Shown here piece after piece: positions 1 to 9,517 of a DNA stretch of 64,000 nucleotides. The stretch lies in the sequence record PQ553088; one strand, written 5' to 3'. The notes under the pieces were generated by a model. It was not told the origin of the DNA and did no database searches. It saw only the letters and a list, made by a program, of their open reading frames with translations. The translations under genes were made by a program, and so were the position numbers. Numbering within the stretch: the stretch's first letter is position 1; each line of letters starts with the position of its first letter. This DNA is from Escherichia phage OES_C-1.

Positions 1-1172
1 ACAAATTGAACAATAGCTACCTTTTCATCTGGCGTGGCTTTAGAACCTTTAACTAAATCATTGATAATTTTCTTAATAACATCAAAGCTATTAGAAATAT
101 TAATGTCAGCAAGATCGCTTAAAATTTTATCAGTTTTATAATCAAAAAATTCTTTATTCTTTAAATATTCCTGAGAACCTTGATATGTTATATCGCTCTG
201 TAACTTGATAGATGGATCACGTAAACGTGCATGAGCCAATGCAATATGATTTCGGAAGCTTTCGAGTTCATAATCACTAGATTTAAAACGAGAAGCACTT
301 CTCATACCACCGATAGCTCCTTTGCTGAAGTTTGAACCAACCTGAATAACGCCGGAGTTCATTGGTCCTTCTGCTTTATATACCGGAACTTTAGATTCAA
401 ACTCTTGATATTTCTTAGCAGCGAAGCTATCACCCTGAAGTGAAGCATCGACAGTAGAGTATTGAGCTTGTGCTGCTAATCGACGACTAATTTTAGTTTT
501 CTGAATAACAGCTTGATCTGTGCGCTTATCATTTTCTAAAGCAATAGAAGCAGCAACAGCGACAGCTTTAGGAACAGCATTACCTGTTTTAACATCTACA
601 TAAACATCACCAACCTTTGATTCAACTTTTGTGAATAACTCAGTTGAAATAGGAGGTACACCTGGAATGTCTTCTAAATTGGCATTTTTACGGTAAACCA
701 TAATATATGCATATTTCTTATCATAGTCCCAGATTTCCTTTAAAAGAACATATCGACCTGCTCCTTTAGTACGTACTAAACGGTCGGCAATAACTTGCAT
801 TTGACGAGCAGCGCCATTTGTTTTACTTTTTAGTACGCGGAATAGGCATGCGTCAATTTTATACTGTTTCATTGTTTGAAGAGCAGTATCAAAAACCGCA
901 TTAATGACACCAATTGGATTTCCACCCAAGTTTTTAAGTTTAACTAATGATAGTTTTTCATTGACACCTATCATTACGATATGCATCATTTTATCGCCTG
1001 GCTTAACGTTTTTATTTGTATCACCGCCAGAGGTGTATGTACAAAATCTAAATCCAGGAAGCACACTTTCTTCACCTGCTTGAATAGCAAAAATTTGAGG
1101 TATTTTATGCTTAGGATTTAAGTTAACAACCGGCGCCGAAGCGCCGTCAAATAATTCTGTAATAAGTTCCAT
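1..1172 (-). CDS. Alt-like internal head protein / ADP-ribosyltransferase paralogue, N-terminal ~390 codons (3' end outside window)
   Basis: Minus-strand frame open from ATG 1170-1172 to the window edge; N-terminus MELITELFD... parallels the adjacent alt; DNA similarity e.g. 470-640 vs 2560-2760; AAGGA SD upstream. Confidence 0.7.
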   Translation of the reverse strand, partial: MELITELFDGASAPVVNLNPKHKIPQIFAIQAGEESVLPGFRFCTYTSGGDTNKNVKPGDKMMHIVMIGVNEKLSLVKLKNLGGNPIGVINAVFDTALQTMKQYKIDACLFRVLKSKTNGAARQMQVIADRLVRTKGAGRYVLLKEIWDYDKKYAYIMVYRKNANLEDIPGVPPISTELFTKVESKVGDVYVDVKTGNAVPKAVAVAASIALENDKRTDQAVIQKTKISRRLAAQAQYSTVDASLQGDSFAAKKYQEFESKVPVYKAEGPMNSGVIQVGSNFSKGAIGGMRSASRFKSSDYELESFRNHIALAHARLRDPSIKLQSDITYQGSQEYLKNKEFFDYKTDKILSDLADINISNSFDVIKKIINDLVKGSKATPDEKVAIVQF

Positions 1173-1175
1173 GAT

Positions 1176-3272
1176 TTATCCTTGAACGAACTTGTAAGGC
1201 ATGTTTGTAATATCTATGCAAGACGCAATAATTCCAAGAGATGATTCTACTTTCTGTTTAACATTTGATGAAACAAATGATGCAAAGTCAACTCTGTCTT
1301 CTATTTCAATATCACCTGTCATTGCAACTACTTCACCAGTTTCCATTAGACGGTCACCGTCATAAATTACTGATTCGGTGAGTTCTTCCGTAGTCATAAC
1401 TTCAGCTTGAATGAGTTTTGTATTATTAGATGTTGTTCCGTCATTATTAGAAGCATCAGTTATTTTATTAACTTTGACCATCAATCCGCGTGGTAGAATT
1501 ACTTCAGCTTCTGTTGCTATTCCGAGACTTCCTGGATATACAACATTAACTTTATGAGCTCCATCAATTGCCCATCCTATTTGAACTTTAACGTATTCAG
1601 GATTTTCTTTATACGCTCTTATTTCGTTTGGATTAATAGTTATTCCTTCTTCATTTTTATCAACTGTTAATTCATTGCGAGCTTCTGGTTCTAAAAGACC
1701 GATACCAGCATGTGTAATTCCAAAACGTCCAAAAATGATAGGAGTTAAAGAAGTAGATACAAAATTTCTGAAATAGAACACTTTATTTTTAACTAGTGCT
1801 TCGTATATAGGAGCAGTCATACTTTGAGCACGATAAACTGTAATGCCTTCTGGTATACGGTCACCATTTTCAAAAGCTGAATCTAAGTTATTTATAGCAG
1901 ATTCAATTTCTTTTTCACTCATTACATCATATCGTTCTGGATTGTAGCGGCCTAAAAGAAGATTATTGATGTCAGTATATCCTGATCCACAATACTCTCT
2001 AATGCCGCGCTTTTGCGATGGAGTATATTTAGAACCATCACGTGCAATGGTAATATCAATCATTGGACCTGCACCAATTCCAGAAAAGCTATAAATCATT
2101 CGTTTGAGGAATTTAGTTTTTGCTGCGTTCCAGGAATTTTTAGTTATTTCTTCCCAGACTTCATCTGGCTGCCCTTTACGAGTTTTATTATGTTTATCAA
2201 GCCAATTATCTTTATATTCTTCAAAGAGTTGATTAATAGCTGCTGCGTATTTCTCTAAACATTTTATTGAAGTAGTTGGTTCATTTTTAATCGCATTAAG
2301 AATTACATCTTTAATTTTTTCAGAAACTTCATCAACCTCACTTTTTGAAAAGAATTTATAGTCATAGTGAAGTTCATTTGCAGTTCCTTCGGCAATAATT
2401 TTTGCTGCCTTAGTTTTAGAAGCTAATGAATTAATTCCAAGCTTCATTTCTTCTGCTTCGGGAATTAAAGGAGCGGTAGCAGGTTTATTAAAATTAGCTG
2501 CGGTAGATTCATACTTCTGGAATAATTCACTTTCAAATCTAGAAGATTCTAATGACTGACTTTGCGCAATTGCTCTACGGGAAATTTTAACTTTAACAAT
2601 AACAGCTTGGTCAGAACGTTTATCATTTTCTTGTGCAATAGATGCTGCAATTGCCTCATTTTTAGTTACTTGAGCTCCGGTATCTTTATTGATATAAACA
2701 TCGCCGACCTTCGATTCAACTTTAGTAAAGAGCTCGGTACTAATTTCCGGAACTCCTGGAATGTCTTCTAGTGATACATTTTTGCGATGTATAAGAATAT
2801 ATGCATACTTTTTATCATAATCCCAGAGTTCCTTAAGAAGGACGTATCTGCCACCTGAACGACTACGGATAAGTCTATCAGCAATAACTTGAATTTGTCG
2901 AGCTTGACCAGCAGTTTTAGACTTAAGAATACGAAGCATACAGGCATCAATTTTATACTGACGCATTGTTTGCATTGCAACAGTAAAAACTGAATTGATG
3001 TAATTAATTGGGCTTGGACCGAGACCTTTTAATTTAGCAATTGAACCTTTAGCAGTTAGTGTAAAAGGAACAATGTGCATCATTTTATCGCCCATCTTTA
3101 AATCACGGTTAGTATCACCTCCAGATGTATATGTACATAAACGAAAGCCTGGTTGCTCAATTGCGTCATCAACATGAACTGAAAAAATTTGCGGTATTTT
3201 CTTCTTTGGATTTAAGTTTGTAATCGGAAGAGTAGTATCTTCGTCAAATAATTCTGTAATAAGTTCCATCAT
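1176..3272 (-). CDS. alt: Alt ADP-ribosyltransferase (packaged internal head protein)
   Basis: 698-codon ORF; N-terminal MELITELFDED prohead-protease/capsid-targeting signal; C-terminal R-S-ExE ART motifs (VYRAQ, STS, ATEAEV); true start probably second Met (3269). Confidence 0.9.
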   Translation of the reverse strand: MMELITELFDEDTTLPITNLNPKKKIPQIFSVHVDDAIEQPGFRLCTYTSGGDTNRDLKMGDKMMHIVPFTLTAKGSIAKLKGLGPSPINYINSVFTVAMQTMRQYKIDACMLRILKSKTAGQARQIQVIADRLIRSRSGGRYVLLKELWDYDKKYAYILIHRKNVSLEDIPGVPEISTELFTKVESKVGDVYINKDTGAQVTKNEAIAASIAQENDKRSDQAVIVKVKISRRAIAQSQSLESSRFESELFQKYESTAANFNKPATAPLIPEAEEMKLGINSLASKTKAAKIIAEGTANELHYDYKFFSKSEVDEVSEKIKDVILNAIKNEPTTSIKCLEKYAAAINQLFEEYKDNWLDKHNKTRKGQPDEVWEEITKNSWNAAKTKFLKRMIYSFSGIGAGPMIDITIARDGSKYTPSQKRGIREYCGSGYTDINNLLLGRYNPERYDVMSEKEIESAINNLDSAFENGDRIPEGITVYRAQSMTAPIYEALVKNKVFYFRNFVSTSLTPIIFGRFGITHAGIGLLEPEARNELTVDKNEEGITINPNEIRAYKENPEYVKVQIGWAIDGAHKVNVVYPGSLGIATEAEVILPRGLMVKVNKITDASNNDGTTSNNTKLIQAEVMTTEELTESVIYDGDRLMETGEVVAMTGDIEIEDRVDFASFVSSNVKQKVESSLGIIASCIDITNMPYKFVQG

Positions 3273-3292
3273 ATCCTCTCTAGTGTTTATTC

Positions 3293-3300
3293 TATTTATA
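3293..3300 (-). promoter_or_regulatory. T4-type late promoter TATAAATA upstream of alt
   Basis: Reverse complement of tatttata lies ~25 nt upstream of the alt ATG, just after a CUUCGG-type hairpin (3305-3325). Confidence 0.5.
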
Positions 3301-3321
3301 AAATTAAAGGCCCGAAGGCCT

Positions 3322-3510
3322 TTAATAATCTAGTGGTAAGAGAGTACGGTATATTTCAAACTTTGGACCTTTTTCGTAGGCATCAAATGTTTCTGTAAAT
3401 TTATTATAAGCATACGCATCTACAAATTCGAGAATGACTTGCGATACCGAAGTAGAAACATCTCCACCTTCTTTTTGAGCAACGACAATTGTTTCTAAGT
3501 AAGCTTTCAT
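3322..3510 (-). CDS. hypothetical small protein (62 aa)
   Basis: ORF track; start overlaps the ligase stop (ATGA). Confidence 0.45.
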   Translation of the reverse strand: MKAYLETIVVAQKEGGDVSTSVSQVILEFVDAYAYNKFTETFDAYEKGPKFEIYRTLLPLDY

Positions 3511-4967
3511 AGACCAGTTACCTCATGAAAATCACCAAATACATCCTCGAATGTATTAGCTTTAGTTTTATCTTCACGTAAACGAATCGCAATTGGAAGA
3601 AATAATTTAACGTAATCAGTGCGGCCATCAGATTTTAACCAACCGTTGCATTCGCACTCTAAAATTTTTCCAATATAATAATTTTGGTTTTCCATAATGC
3701 GAGTACGGTCAAGTTCATGTGATTTTACACCAGCTTTATCTTTTAAGCCCGAACCAGCATTTACCTTAATTTTTCCACACTCTGATTCAAGAATAAATCC
3801 ACCTGCTTTAGTAGGGTCTTTACGGTGAGGATAAATTCCTACAATTTTTAAATCAACATCAATTACTTCTTTAAATTTATAGAGATTTTTTGAACGAGCA
3901 TTTTCCCACAATCCATCGGTATTTTTGAGAATAATACCTTCAAGACCTTGGTCAATATATTTTTTATAAATTACCTTAGCTTCATCTAGGTTATTTACTA
4001 CCTGGTTTTCAATTAAAATTACTTTATCATATCCTGATGTCATTTGTTCTAGTTTAGAAAAACGTACATCATATTTTAAACGAAACGTCGGAAGACCGTA
4101 TATTTCTACTAACGGAACATAATCCCAGACCTGAAACTTCATGCATTTGGCTTCTTTTTCTGAAATAGTTCCCTTTAAAGATTTATTGGCGATTCCATTA
4201 GAAGCAGTACGAGATTCAGCTACTTCGGCAAACTCTTTAGCTTTACTATTTTCAGGAGCATCAAAAAGAAAATCTAGGCCTTCTGGTTCCTTTTCAACTT
4301 GCTCATGGTATACCAATTCGCCATCAATTAACACACCTTCTGGATGAATCTGGCGGGCTTCAGCGGTCATTTTGATTAACTCTTCCTTAAGAAGATCTAA
4401 TCCTAGATATTCATTACCAGCTCGTGATAAAAGACGAACATCATCTAATTCATCTCCTCTGACTTCAGCAAAACACCGAGCTCCATCTGCTTTTAACTGC
4501 GCAAAAGCTGGAAATTTTATATTCTTACTAATGCCTTTTTCATCATAAGAACTTGCCAGCATTTGAGGTTGTTCAGGAATTAAACCTGGCCAAACTTTGT
4601 TTGCAATAGATACTGAAGCACCACATTCAAGGTCTCGCATCATAACTCGACGCAAAACTTCAACATCATCCTTTTTACCATCGGTGATATAACCAGTTAA
4701 TTCCTCAATTGCCGCGTTTCCAGTCAATTTCCGAGTAGCTAACGTGAATTCAATGAAGTCAAGCATATCGGTAATAGTCAGCATTCCAAAACTCTGGGTA
4801 GCAATACCAGGTTTAGGCCATTTCTTAATATAATACTGTAACCCGCGAGAATAAGTCAGACGATATACTCGTTTAAGCAATTCATTATCTTTATTCTTTT
4901 CAAGAATTGCTTGCTTCTGCTTAGTTGATCCAATAGATGCTATTTCATTCAGAATTTTAAGAATCAT
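3507..4967 (-). CDS. 30: ATP-dependent DNA ligase
   Basis: 486 aa; adenylation motif KADGAR; sequence recognised as T4 DNA ligase. Confidence 0.95.
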   Translation of the reverse strand: MILKILNEIASIGSTKQKQAILEKNKDNELLKRVYRLTYSRGLQYYIKKWPKPGIATQSFGMLTITDMLDFIEFTLATRKLTGNAAIEELTGYITDGKKDDVEVLRRVMMRDLECGASVSIANKVWPGLIPEQPQMLASSYDEKGISKNIKFPAFAQLKADGARCFAEVRGDELDDVRLLSRAGNEYLGLDLLKEELIKMTAEARQIHPEGVLIDGELVYHEQVEKEPEGLDFLFDAPENSKAKEFAEVAESRTASNGIANKSLKGTISEKEAKCMKFQVWDYVPLVEIYGLPTFRLKYDVRFSKLEQMTSGYDKVILIENQVVNNLDEAKVIYKKYIDQGLEGIILKNTDGLWENARSKNLYKFKEVIDVDLKIVGIYPHRKDPTKAGGFILESECGKIKVNAGSGLKDKAGVKSHELDRTRIMENQNYYIGKILECECNGWLKSDGRTDYVKLFLPIAIRLREDKTKANTFEDVFGDFHEVTGL

Positions 4968-5233
4968 TGCTCATCCTTCAAGGTTTGGTTTACAGCTCTA
5001 TTATAAATCAATTCATCATTAAGCTCAGGCAAAGACTTATGATATGTAGTTCTAACTTTATTTCCTTGCATCCAGTGCTTGACGTAAATGAAACCTTGCT
5101 CTACACATTTTTTAAAAATTCGTTCGTCTTTTTGAGCTCGGAATTCTGGATTGCATCTAAAAAATTGATTTACGTGACCGTAATCACGTGTAGTATTACC
5201 TTCATTTTCATAAATAGTATGAACAACAAACAT
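4964..5233 (-). CDS. hypothetical protein (T4 30.1-like position)
   Basis: ORF track 89 aa; overlaps neighbours by 4 nt. Confidence 0.5.
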   Translation of the reverse strand: MFVVHTIYENEGNTTRDYGHVNQFFRCNPEFRAQKDERIFKKCVEQGFIYVKHWMQGNKVRTTYHKSLPELNDELIYNRAVNQTLKDEQ

Positions 5234-6072
5234 TAGAATGCTCCTTGAAAAATATTATCACCACTAGTAGGTCTATTATACAAATACTCTATGCCACCAG
5301 GTTTAATATAGTTCCATGTCTGAAACGGATGTGTCTGATATGGATGATATAGATGATTATAAGGATTTAATCCAGGCGTTCTCCAGGTAGTGTTCCAAGG
5401 AAAAGAATCGTTTTTAACCATCTTCTCAATTACATCTTTTATAGCTTTTTCACTATCAAAACTTTCTTTATTTTCCTTTGGTGAAAAAAGCTTATTTTCT
5501 ACATCATTCCATGTATAAACTCGCTGGGCAGTTTTTGGAATATTGTCACGCTCTCCTCGAGCCATCCAATAAACTGGAACATTTAATATTTCACTCGCAT
5601 GATCGCAGTGGTGAGCGAGATCGTCAATATAACAAATTACGTTATATTTCTCTTTTGCCTTTTTGAACAACTCTTCTTTTGAAGAATCATGACCGCACAT
5701 CATTACTTCTGAGAAGGCACCAGGAAAAAGAGCATTCAAATTAAATTGACGATTCAACAGAGCGTCAATAGAATCACCCAATGCTGTAACAGCTACAAAA
5801 TTATAATCTTCTTTTAATTTGTTAATTACACACAGAGCATCTTTATATGGAGACAAGTAACGAATAAAATCTGAACGATTATATTTTTCAATTAACTTGA
5901 CGCCAAGTTCTTCATCACAATTAAAGAGTTTACCTGGAGAAATAAATTTCTCATCTTGGATCATTTTTAAAATATGTTCTAACGGAAGATTATATTTCTG
6001 AGCAAAATAAGGAAGGCCTGATTGCCAGCTTAAACATACTCCATCAATATCAGTTAAAATAGTTGGCTTCAT
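5233..6072 (-). CDS. HAD-superfamily hydrolase-like protein (T4 30.2-like position)
   Basis: 279 aa; N-terminal LTDIDGV (HAD motif I), downstream YIDDLAHH (DD motif). Confidence 0.55.
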   Translation of the reverse strand: MKPTILTDIDGVCLSWQSGLPYFAQKYNLPLEHILKMIQDEKFISPGKLFNCDEELGVKLIEKYNRSDFIRYLSPYKDALCVINKLKEDYNFVAVTALGDSIDALLNRQFNLNALFPGAFSEVMMCGHDSSKEELFKKAKEKYNVICYIDDLAHHCDHASEILNVPVYWMARGERDNIPKTAQRVYTWNDVENKLFSPKENKESFDSEKAIKDVIEKMVKNDSFPWNTTWRTPGLNPYNHLYHPYQTHPFQTWNYIKPGGIEYLYNRPTSGDNIFQGAF

Positions 6073-6533
6073 AGAGAGTCTCTTAATAGGTTTAACACAT
6101 CAATAAATTCAGCTTCGGTTAGTATTGTATCATCTTTTGTTAGACCACTAGCCATGCTGTGCTTCAAAACTTTTCCTTTCGAGGCTTGTAATGCATCACG
6201 AAAGCCCCTGTTTTGGATCGCTGCTTCAAAATATGCATTTGTGTATAATTCTTTCCACGCCGGGGAGTATCTTGAAAACGGAACTCCAAGCCAAAAGAGG
6301 GTCCCACGGTCCTGAGCTCTAGCATAAGACCTTCCAGCTTGTTGGGCGGCAAGCCCGGATAACCCAAATATACGTCTTTGCTGTTCAACATTTTTCACCT
6401 TACATCCTTGGAGGAATCCTTCGAGACCTCCAAATTGGATACCATCCATAGCGAAAGGCCATTGGGCGAAATTGCTTAATGCACATGATGGCCATCTAAA
6501 ATTGCTTCTTATTTCTAGCTCAGACATTTTCAA
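6069..6533 (-). CDS. NADAR/YbiA-like (DUF1768-type) protein (T4 30.3-like position)
   Basis: 154 aa; LSNFAQWPFAMDG...GR resembles the FSNFAAWP...DG signature of E. coli YbiA (from memory). Confidence 0.5.
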   Translation of the reverse strand: MKMSELEIRSNFRWPSCALSNFAQWPFAMDGIQFGGLEGFLQGCKVKNVEQQRRIFGLSGLAAQQAGRSYARAQDRGTLFWLGVPFSRYSPAWKELYTNAYFEAAIQNRGFRDALQASKGKVLKHSMASGLTKDDTILTEAEFIDVLNLLRDSL

Positions 6534-6726
6534 TACTTATAATTTCAACATCAGCCCAATGACCATAGCAAGGAAGACGAAATTCAACTGGCCAGTTAGG
6601 GTCCTTTTCTAATATAATAGACTTAACTTGTGGTTCTTCATGTTCATCGGTATACGGACCTTTATACGTTACTTTATATGTGACCTTAATGTACTGAATT
6701 CCAAAAATCTTATTAATTATATTCAT
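6520..6726 (-). CDS. hypothetical protein (68 aa)
   Basis: ORF track; tightly packed early-gene block. Confidence 0.45.
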   Translation of the reverse strand: MNIINKIFGIQYIKVTYKVTYKGPYTDEHEEPQVKSIILEKDPNWPVEFRLPCYGHWADVEIISIENV

Positions 6727-6920
6727 ACTAATTCCTTTAATCCATAGATAGGAGATAATTCATCACCCATACGAAGGTCTTCATTTCCATCTACCCAGGA
6801 AACAATATAAGCCTCTTTTATTTGAATACCACTCCATTTAAATGGAGGTAGAACCTTAGAAATTAATCCAGGTATACCGACTCCCTTTAATTCAACAGTT
6901 TGACCCAAAAAGAATTTCAT
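6723..6920 (-). CDS. hypothetical protein (65 aa)
   Basis: ORF track; 4-nt overlap with neighbours. Confidence 0.45.
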   Translation of the reverse strand: MKFFLGQTVELKGVGIPGLISKVLPPFKWSGIQIKEAYIVSWVDGNEDLRMGDELSPIYGLKELV

Positions 6921-7207
6921 TAGAACCTCATCTGAAAACCATGCGATTTAACATTACCGCCGTCAATATCAGAAATGTTAATTTCACGCGCAATTGAAGG
7001 GTCAATGTCAATTTCACGATTGAGTTTAGCGATAGCTAGAGTATCACGCCCATTTACAGTACGGAACTCTAAAGGGCAGACTGCATTAACATAGTTTTTA
7101 ATCGATTCACTGGTAGGCTGCAAATGAGCAGGAAGGTCTTTAGGCGCCTTAGAGAAAACTACTTCGCAAAAATTTTTACGGGTATCAAAATAAGTAGTCA
7201 TAAACAT
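6920..7207 (-). CDS. hypothetical protein (95 aa)
   Basis: ORF track. Confidence 0.45.
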   Translation of the reverse strand: MFMTTYFDTRKNFCEVVFSKAPKDLPAHLQPTSESIKNYVNAVCPLEFRTVNGRDTLAIAKLNREIDIDPSIAREINISDIDGGNVKSHGFQMRF

Positions 7208-7248
7208 AGTATTTTCCTCAGTAAGGGGCCGAAGCCCCTTATTTTATT

Positions 7249-7626
7249 TTAAATATCAAATTCGTTAAGAACTACATCAAAGATCGCTTCAAGATGCTCA
7301 GGTTTAGCTCTGTTACTCAGAATATGACGAATCCAAGTTTTAACCAGAAGCTTACGATTGACGCCATTCCAGCAAGGATGAGTACCTAAATCGCGTTGAC
7401 GGAAATCATCATCTAATGCGATTTTAAAAGAAGAACCTTCTTTCGTGATTGAAACCGTGATGCCATTTTCAAATCGCATATAAACGTAGTTAGGAGTCAT
7501 ATATTGTTCAATTTCGCATACTGATCCATTTTGATGTTTCCAAAGGCAGATAGTATCAATAGAACCTGCAATACCGTTAGAAACATATTTACGTTCAAAG
7601 TTGATGTAGTTCATTTTATTCTCCAA
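7249..7626 (-). CDS. hypothetical protein (125 aa; T4 30.7-like position)
   Basis: ORF track; early promoter-like element immediately upstream (7640-7680). Confidence 0.5.
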   Translation of the reverse strand: MENKMNYINFERKYVSNGIAGSIDTICLWKHQNGSVCEIEQYMTPNYVYMRFENGITVSITKEGSSFKIALDDDFRQRDLGTHPCWNGVNRKLLVKTWIRHILSNRAKPEHLEAIFDVVLNEFDI

Positions 7627-7681
7627 GGTGTTTAATTGCGGTACAGGTATATAATATCATATCCTGTACCAAAGTAAACAA

Positions 7682-8014
7682 TTATTTTACTACTTTCCAA
7701 TGTTGCATGTCAAGTTTACCAACTTTTTTCATCTTCTCAATTAAGCGTTCGGCACGTTGGCGAGCTGTAACATAGTACCATTCGCCTAATTCATTTTGTT
7801 CAATTTTTCCAACGATTACTGTATTCAATTCATAAATCCAACCAGTAAAGAAATTATGAACTTGAATTGTAAAGGTGAAATCTGTTCCCATACCTTCTGT
7901 TGTTTCTACTTCAACAATATCACCTTTAACTGCCATTAAGAACCACATAGTTTCATCATATTTACCATTGAAGCATTTAGTTTTAACCGCAGCGTTCAGA
8001 TTAATCGTTTTCAT
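7682..8014 (-). CDS. hypothetical protein (110 aa; T4 30.8-like position)
   Basis: ORF track. Confidence 0.5.
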   Translation of the reverse strand: MKTINLNAAVKTKCFNGKYDETMWFLMAVKGDIVEVETTEGMGTDFTFTIQVHNFFTGWIYELNTVIVGKIEQNELGEWYYVTARQRAERLIEKMKKVGKLDMQHWKVVK

Positions 8015-8039
8015 TTTATTCTCCTTTGTTTGTGTAAGA

Positions 8040-8072
8040 TAATACTATCACAAAGGAACCATACTGTAAACA
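8040..8072 (-). promoter_or_regulatory. sigma70-type T4 early promoter (-35 GTTTAC, -10 TAGTAT)
   Basis: Reverse complement of gtaaac 8066-8071 and atacta 8042-8047 with 17-nt spacer. Confidence 0.5.
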
Positions 8073-8090
8073 ACTTTGTGCAATCTTTTG

Positions 8091-8119
8091 AAAATAAAAA
8101 AGGACTCCCGAAGGAGTCC
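8091..8119 (-). terminator. rho-independent terminator with CUUCGG tetraloop hairpin
   Basis: ggactcccgaaggagtcc hairpin followed on the minus strand by a U-run (A-run 8091-8101 on plus). Confidence 0.5.
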
Positions 8120-8124
8120 TCAAC

Positions 8125-8301
8125 TTATGCTTTCTGCTTACCAAAACGAGAAGCATCATCTCGAAGAACCGCACGTGCTCGGCGCATGATCTTCTCAACA
8201 GTTTGATTGATACGAGAGTTCGACCCACGCTTGTAACCAGCGCGTTTAGAATCACCAACTTTCTTTTCAACTGCTTTCTTTGCTTTAGCTTGTTTTGCCA
8301 T
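8125..8301 (-). CDS. small basic protein (58 aa, MAKQAKAKKAVEKK...)
   Basis: Internal Met of track ORF 8125..8343 preceded by SD; the overlapping 8016..8270 ORF is considered spurious. Confidence 0.45.
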   Translation of the reverse strand: MAKQAKAKKAVEKKVGDSKRAGYKRGSNSRINQTVEKIMRRARAVLRDDASRFGKQKA

Positions 8302-8420
8302 TATAAATTCTCTTTTAAATGAAAATGCAGGACTTATTGGCATTGCCTGCGAAAGCCCTCAAAGGGTACTTAGGTTTTGAATATTTACCGACAGGATAAC
8401 CATAAACCTCGTCAACATAA

Positions 8421-8669
8421 TTACTTCAGTGTTACCACAAAGTGACGAACTGCTTTTCGTGCAGCAGAAGCCAGAGGCTTAGCATACTTAAGTTCATCTT
8501 TTTCCTGAAGCTCAGCAGCTAATGCAGTTTGAGCAGGATTCAGATGTTTGAAATAACGCAGGATTTCAAGAGCTTCGGCTTCAACATCAATAGATGCGCC
8601 ATAGTTTTCGTGACCATTATTCCATGCGTTTCGTTGCAGTTCAAGAGCGTGTTGTAATTGTTTAATCAT
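8421..8669 (-). CDS. rIII: rIII lysis-inhibition accessory protein
   Basis: 82 aa; position between 31 and the 30.x block; sequence recognised. Confidence 0.8.
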   Translation of the reverse strand: MIKQLQHALELQRNAWNNGHENYGASIDVEAEALEILRYFKHLNPAQTALAAELQEKDELKYAKPLASAARKAVRHFVVTLK

Positions 8670-8816
8670 TTAAAAATTCTCGTTAGAGATTAAAACTCGG
8701 TAGTCACGTTCTTCTGAATTTCATCTTCTTTCGACAGATCTCTCAGTTGTAGACTACCACGTAGAATTGTTCGGTTAACTTATTATTCCGACACCCAATT
8801 CATATTATTATTTATA

Positions 8817-9152
8817 TCACTTATAAAGACATGGAATAGCTTTATAATGACATGTTACGAATTTTTGTTTAATTTCTTTTGGCTGCTTAAGACCCAGAGC
8901 TACAAAAGGATGCGGAACATTTCGAATTTGACCAACTGGAAGAGAAGTCAAATCACCAACTTCGCAGAAACCTTCAGGAACATCAGGACCAACAGAGTGA
9001 ACTACACACAGTTCAGGAACTTCACCTTGAACACGTTTACCGATAATGAGTCCTGATTCTGTAACTTCTTCATCACCAGCTTGCGCAGGTTCAGAAACTA
9101 AAATAACAAATTCACCGACAGCACGAATTGGTAGCTGTTGTACTTCAGACAT
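8817..9152 (-). CDS. 31: gp31 co-chaperonin (GroES analogue)
   Basis: 111 aa; sequence recognised as T4 gp31. Confidence 0.9.
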   Translation of the reverse strand: MSEVQQLPIRAVGEFVILVSEPAQAGDEEVTESGLIIGKRVQGEVPELCVVHSVGPDVPEGFCEVGDLTSLPVGQIRNVPHPFVALGLKQPKEIKQKFVTCHYKAIPCLYK

Positions 9153-9177
9153 TGTTTTTCCTTTTTGTTAACAGATG

Positions 9178-9210
9178 AATTAATAATAACAAATAATTCT
9201 TAAAGCATTT
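9178..9210 (-). promoter_or_regulatory. putative MotA-dependent middle promoter upstream of gene 31
   Basis: Minus strand reads AAATGCTTTA (MotA-box-like) followed ~12 nt later by a TATTAT -10-like element. Confidence 0.35.
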
Positions 9211-9517
9211 ATTTACCAATAAATTGAAGCAAATGCTCAACTTTCATACCATTAACGGAAATCAATTTGTCAATAGAAAAACCTCGCCATGCACCAAGCT
9301 CAACATCAAATACTGGAATCATATCAGTAGATTCTTTCCGAGTAGATTCAGTCAATTTACCGGTTTGCATGGTTGGCATAAAGTCTGCATCACGAGTGCC
9401 TTTCATAGTACGAATAGTACCGTCAGACTTTTCAAAAACTACATTTGAAATACCCATGGACAATTTAGTTTTCAAAATTTCACGAATTGCTATTTTTTGT
9501 TCAGTCGTCAGTTTCAT
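9209..9517 (-). CDS. hypothetical protein (102 aa)
   Basis: ORF track. Confidence 0.5.
   Translation of the reverse strand: MKLTTEQKIAIREILKTKLSMGISNVVFEKSDGTIRTMKGTRDADFMPTMQTGKLTESTRKESTDMIPVFDVELGAWRGFSIDKLISVNGMKVEHLLQFIGK

Noticed and set aside
2013-2258. Plus-strand ORFs lying inside minus-strand genes (also e.g. 12556..12933, 14597..15025, 24741..25220, 46215..46577, 50700..50990)
   Set aside because: Antisense frames within well-supported genes; low-complexity translations and no start context. Chance ORFs expected in AT-rich DNA.
7222-7250. Hairpin ggggccgaagcccc followed by T-run on the plus strand, considered as a plus-strand terminator
   Set aside because: All surrounding genes are on the minus strand, where it reads as a CUUCGG tetraloop without a trailing U-run. 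More likely an intercistronic stabilising hairpin.
8016-8270. 84-aa ORF overlapping the 58-aa basic-protein ORF in another frame
   Set aside because: It spans the terminator hairpin and promoter and has a low-complexity hydrophobic translation. The 8125..8301 frame with SD is the better gene model.
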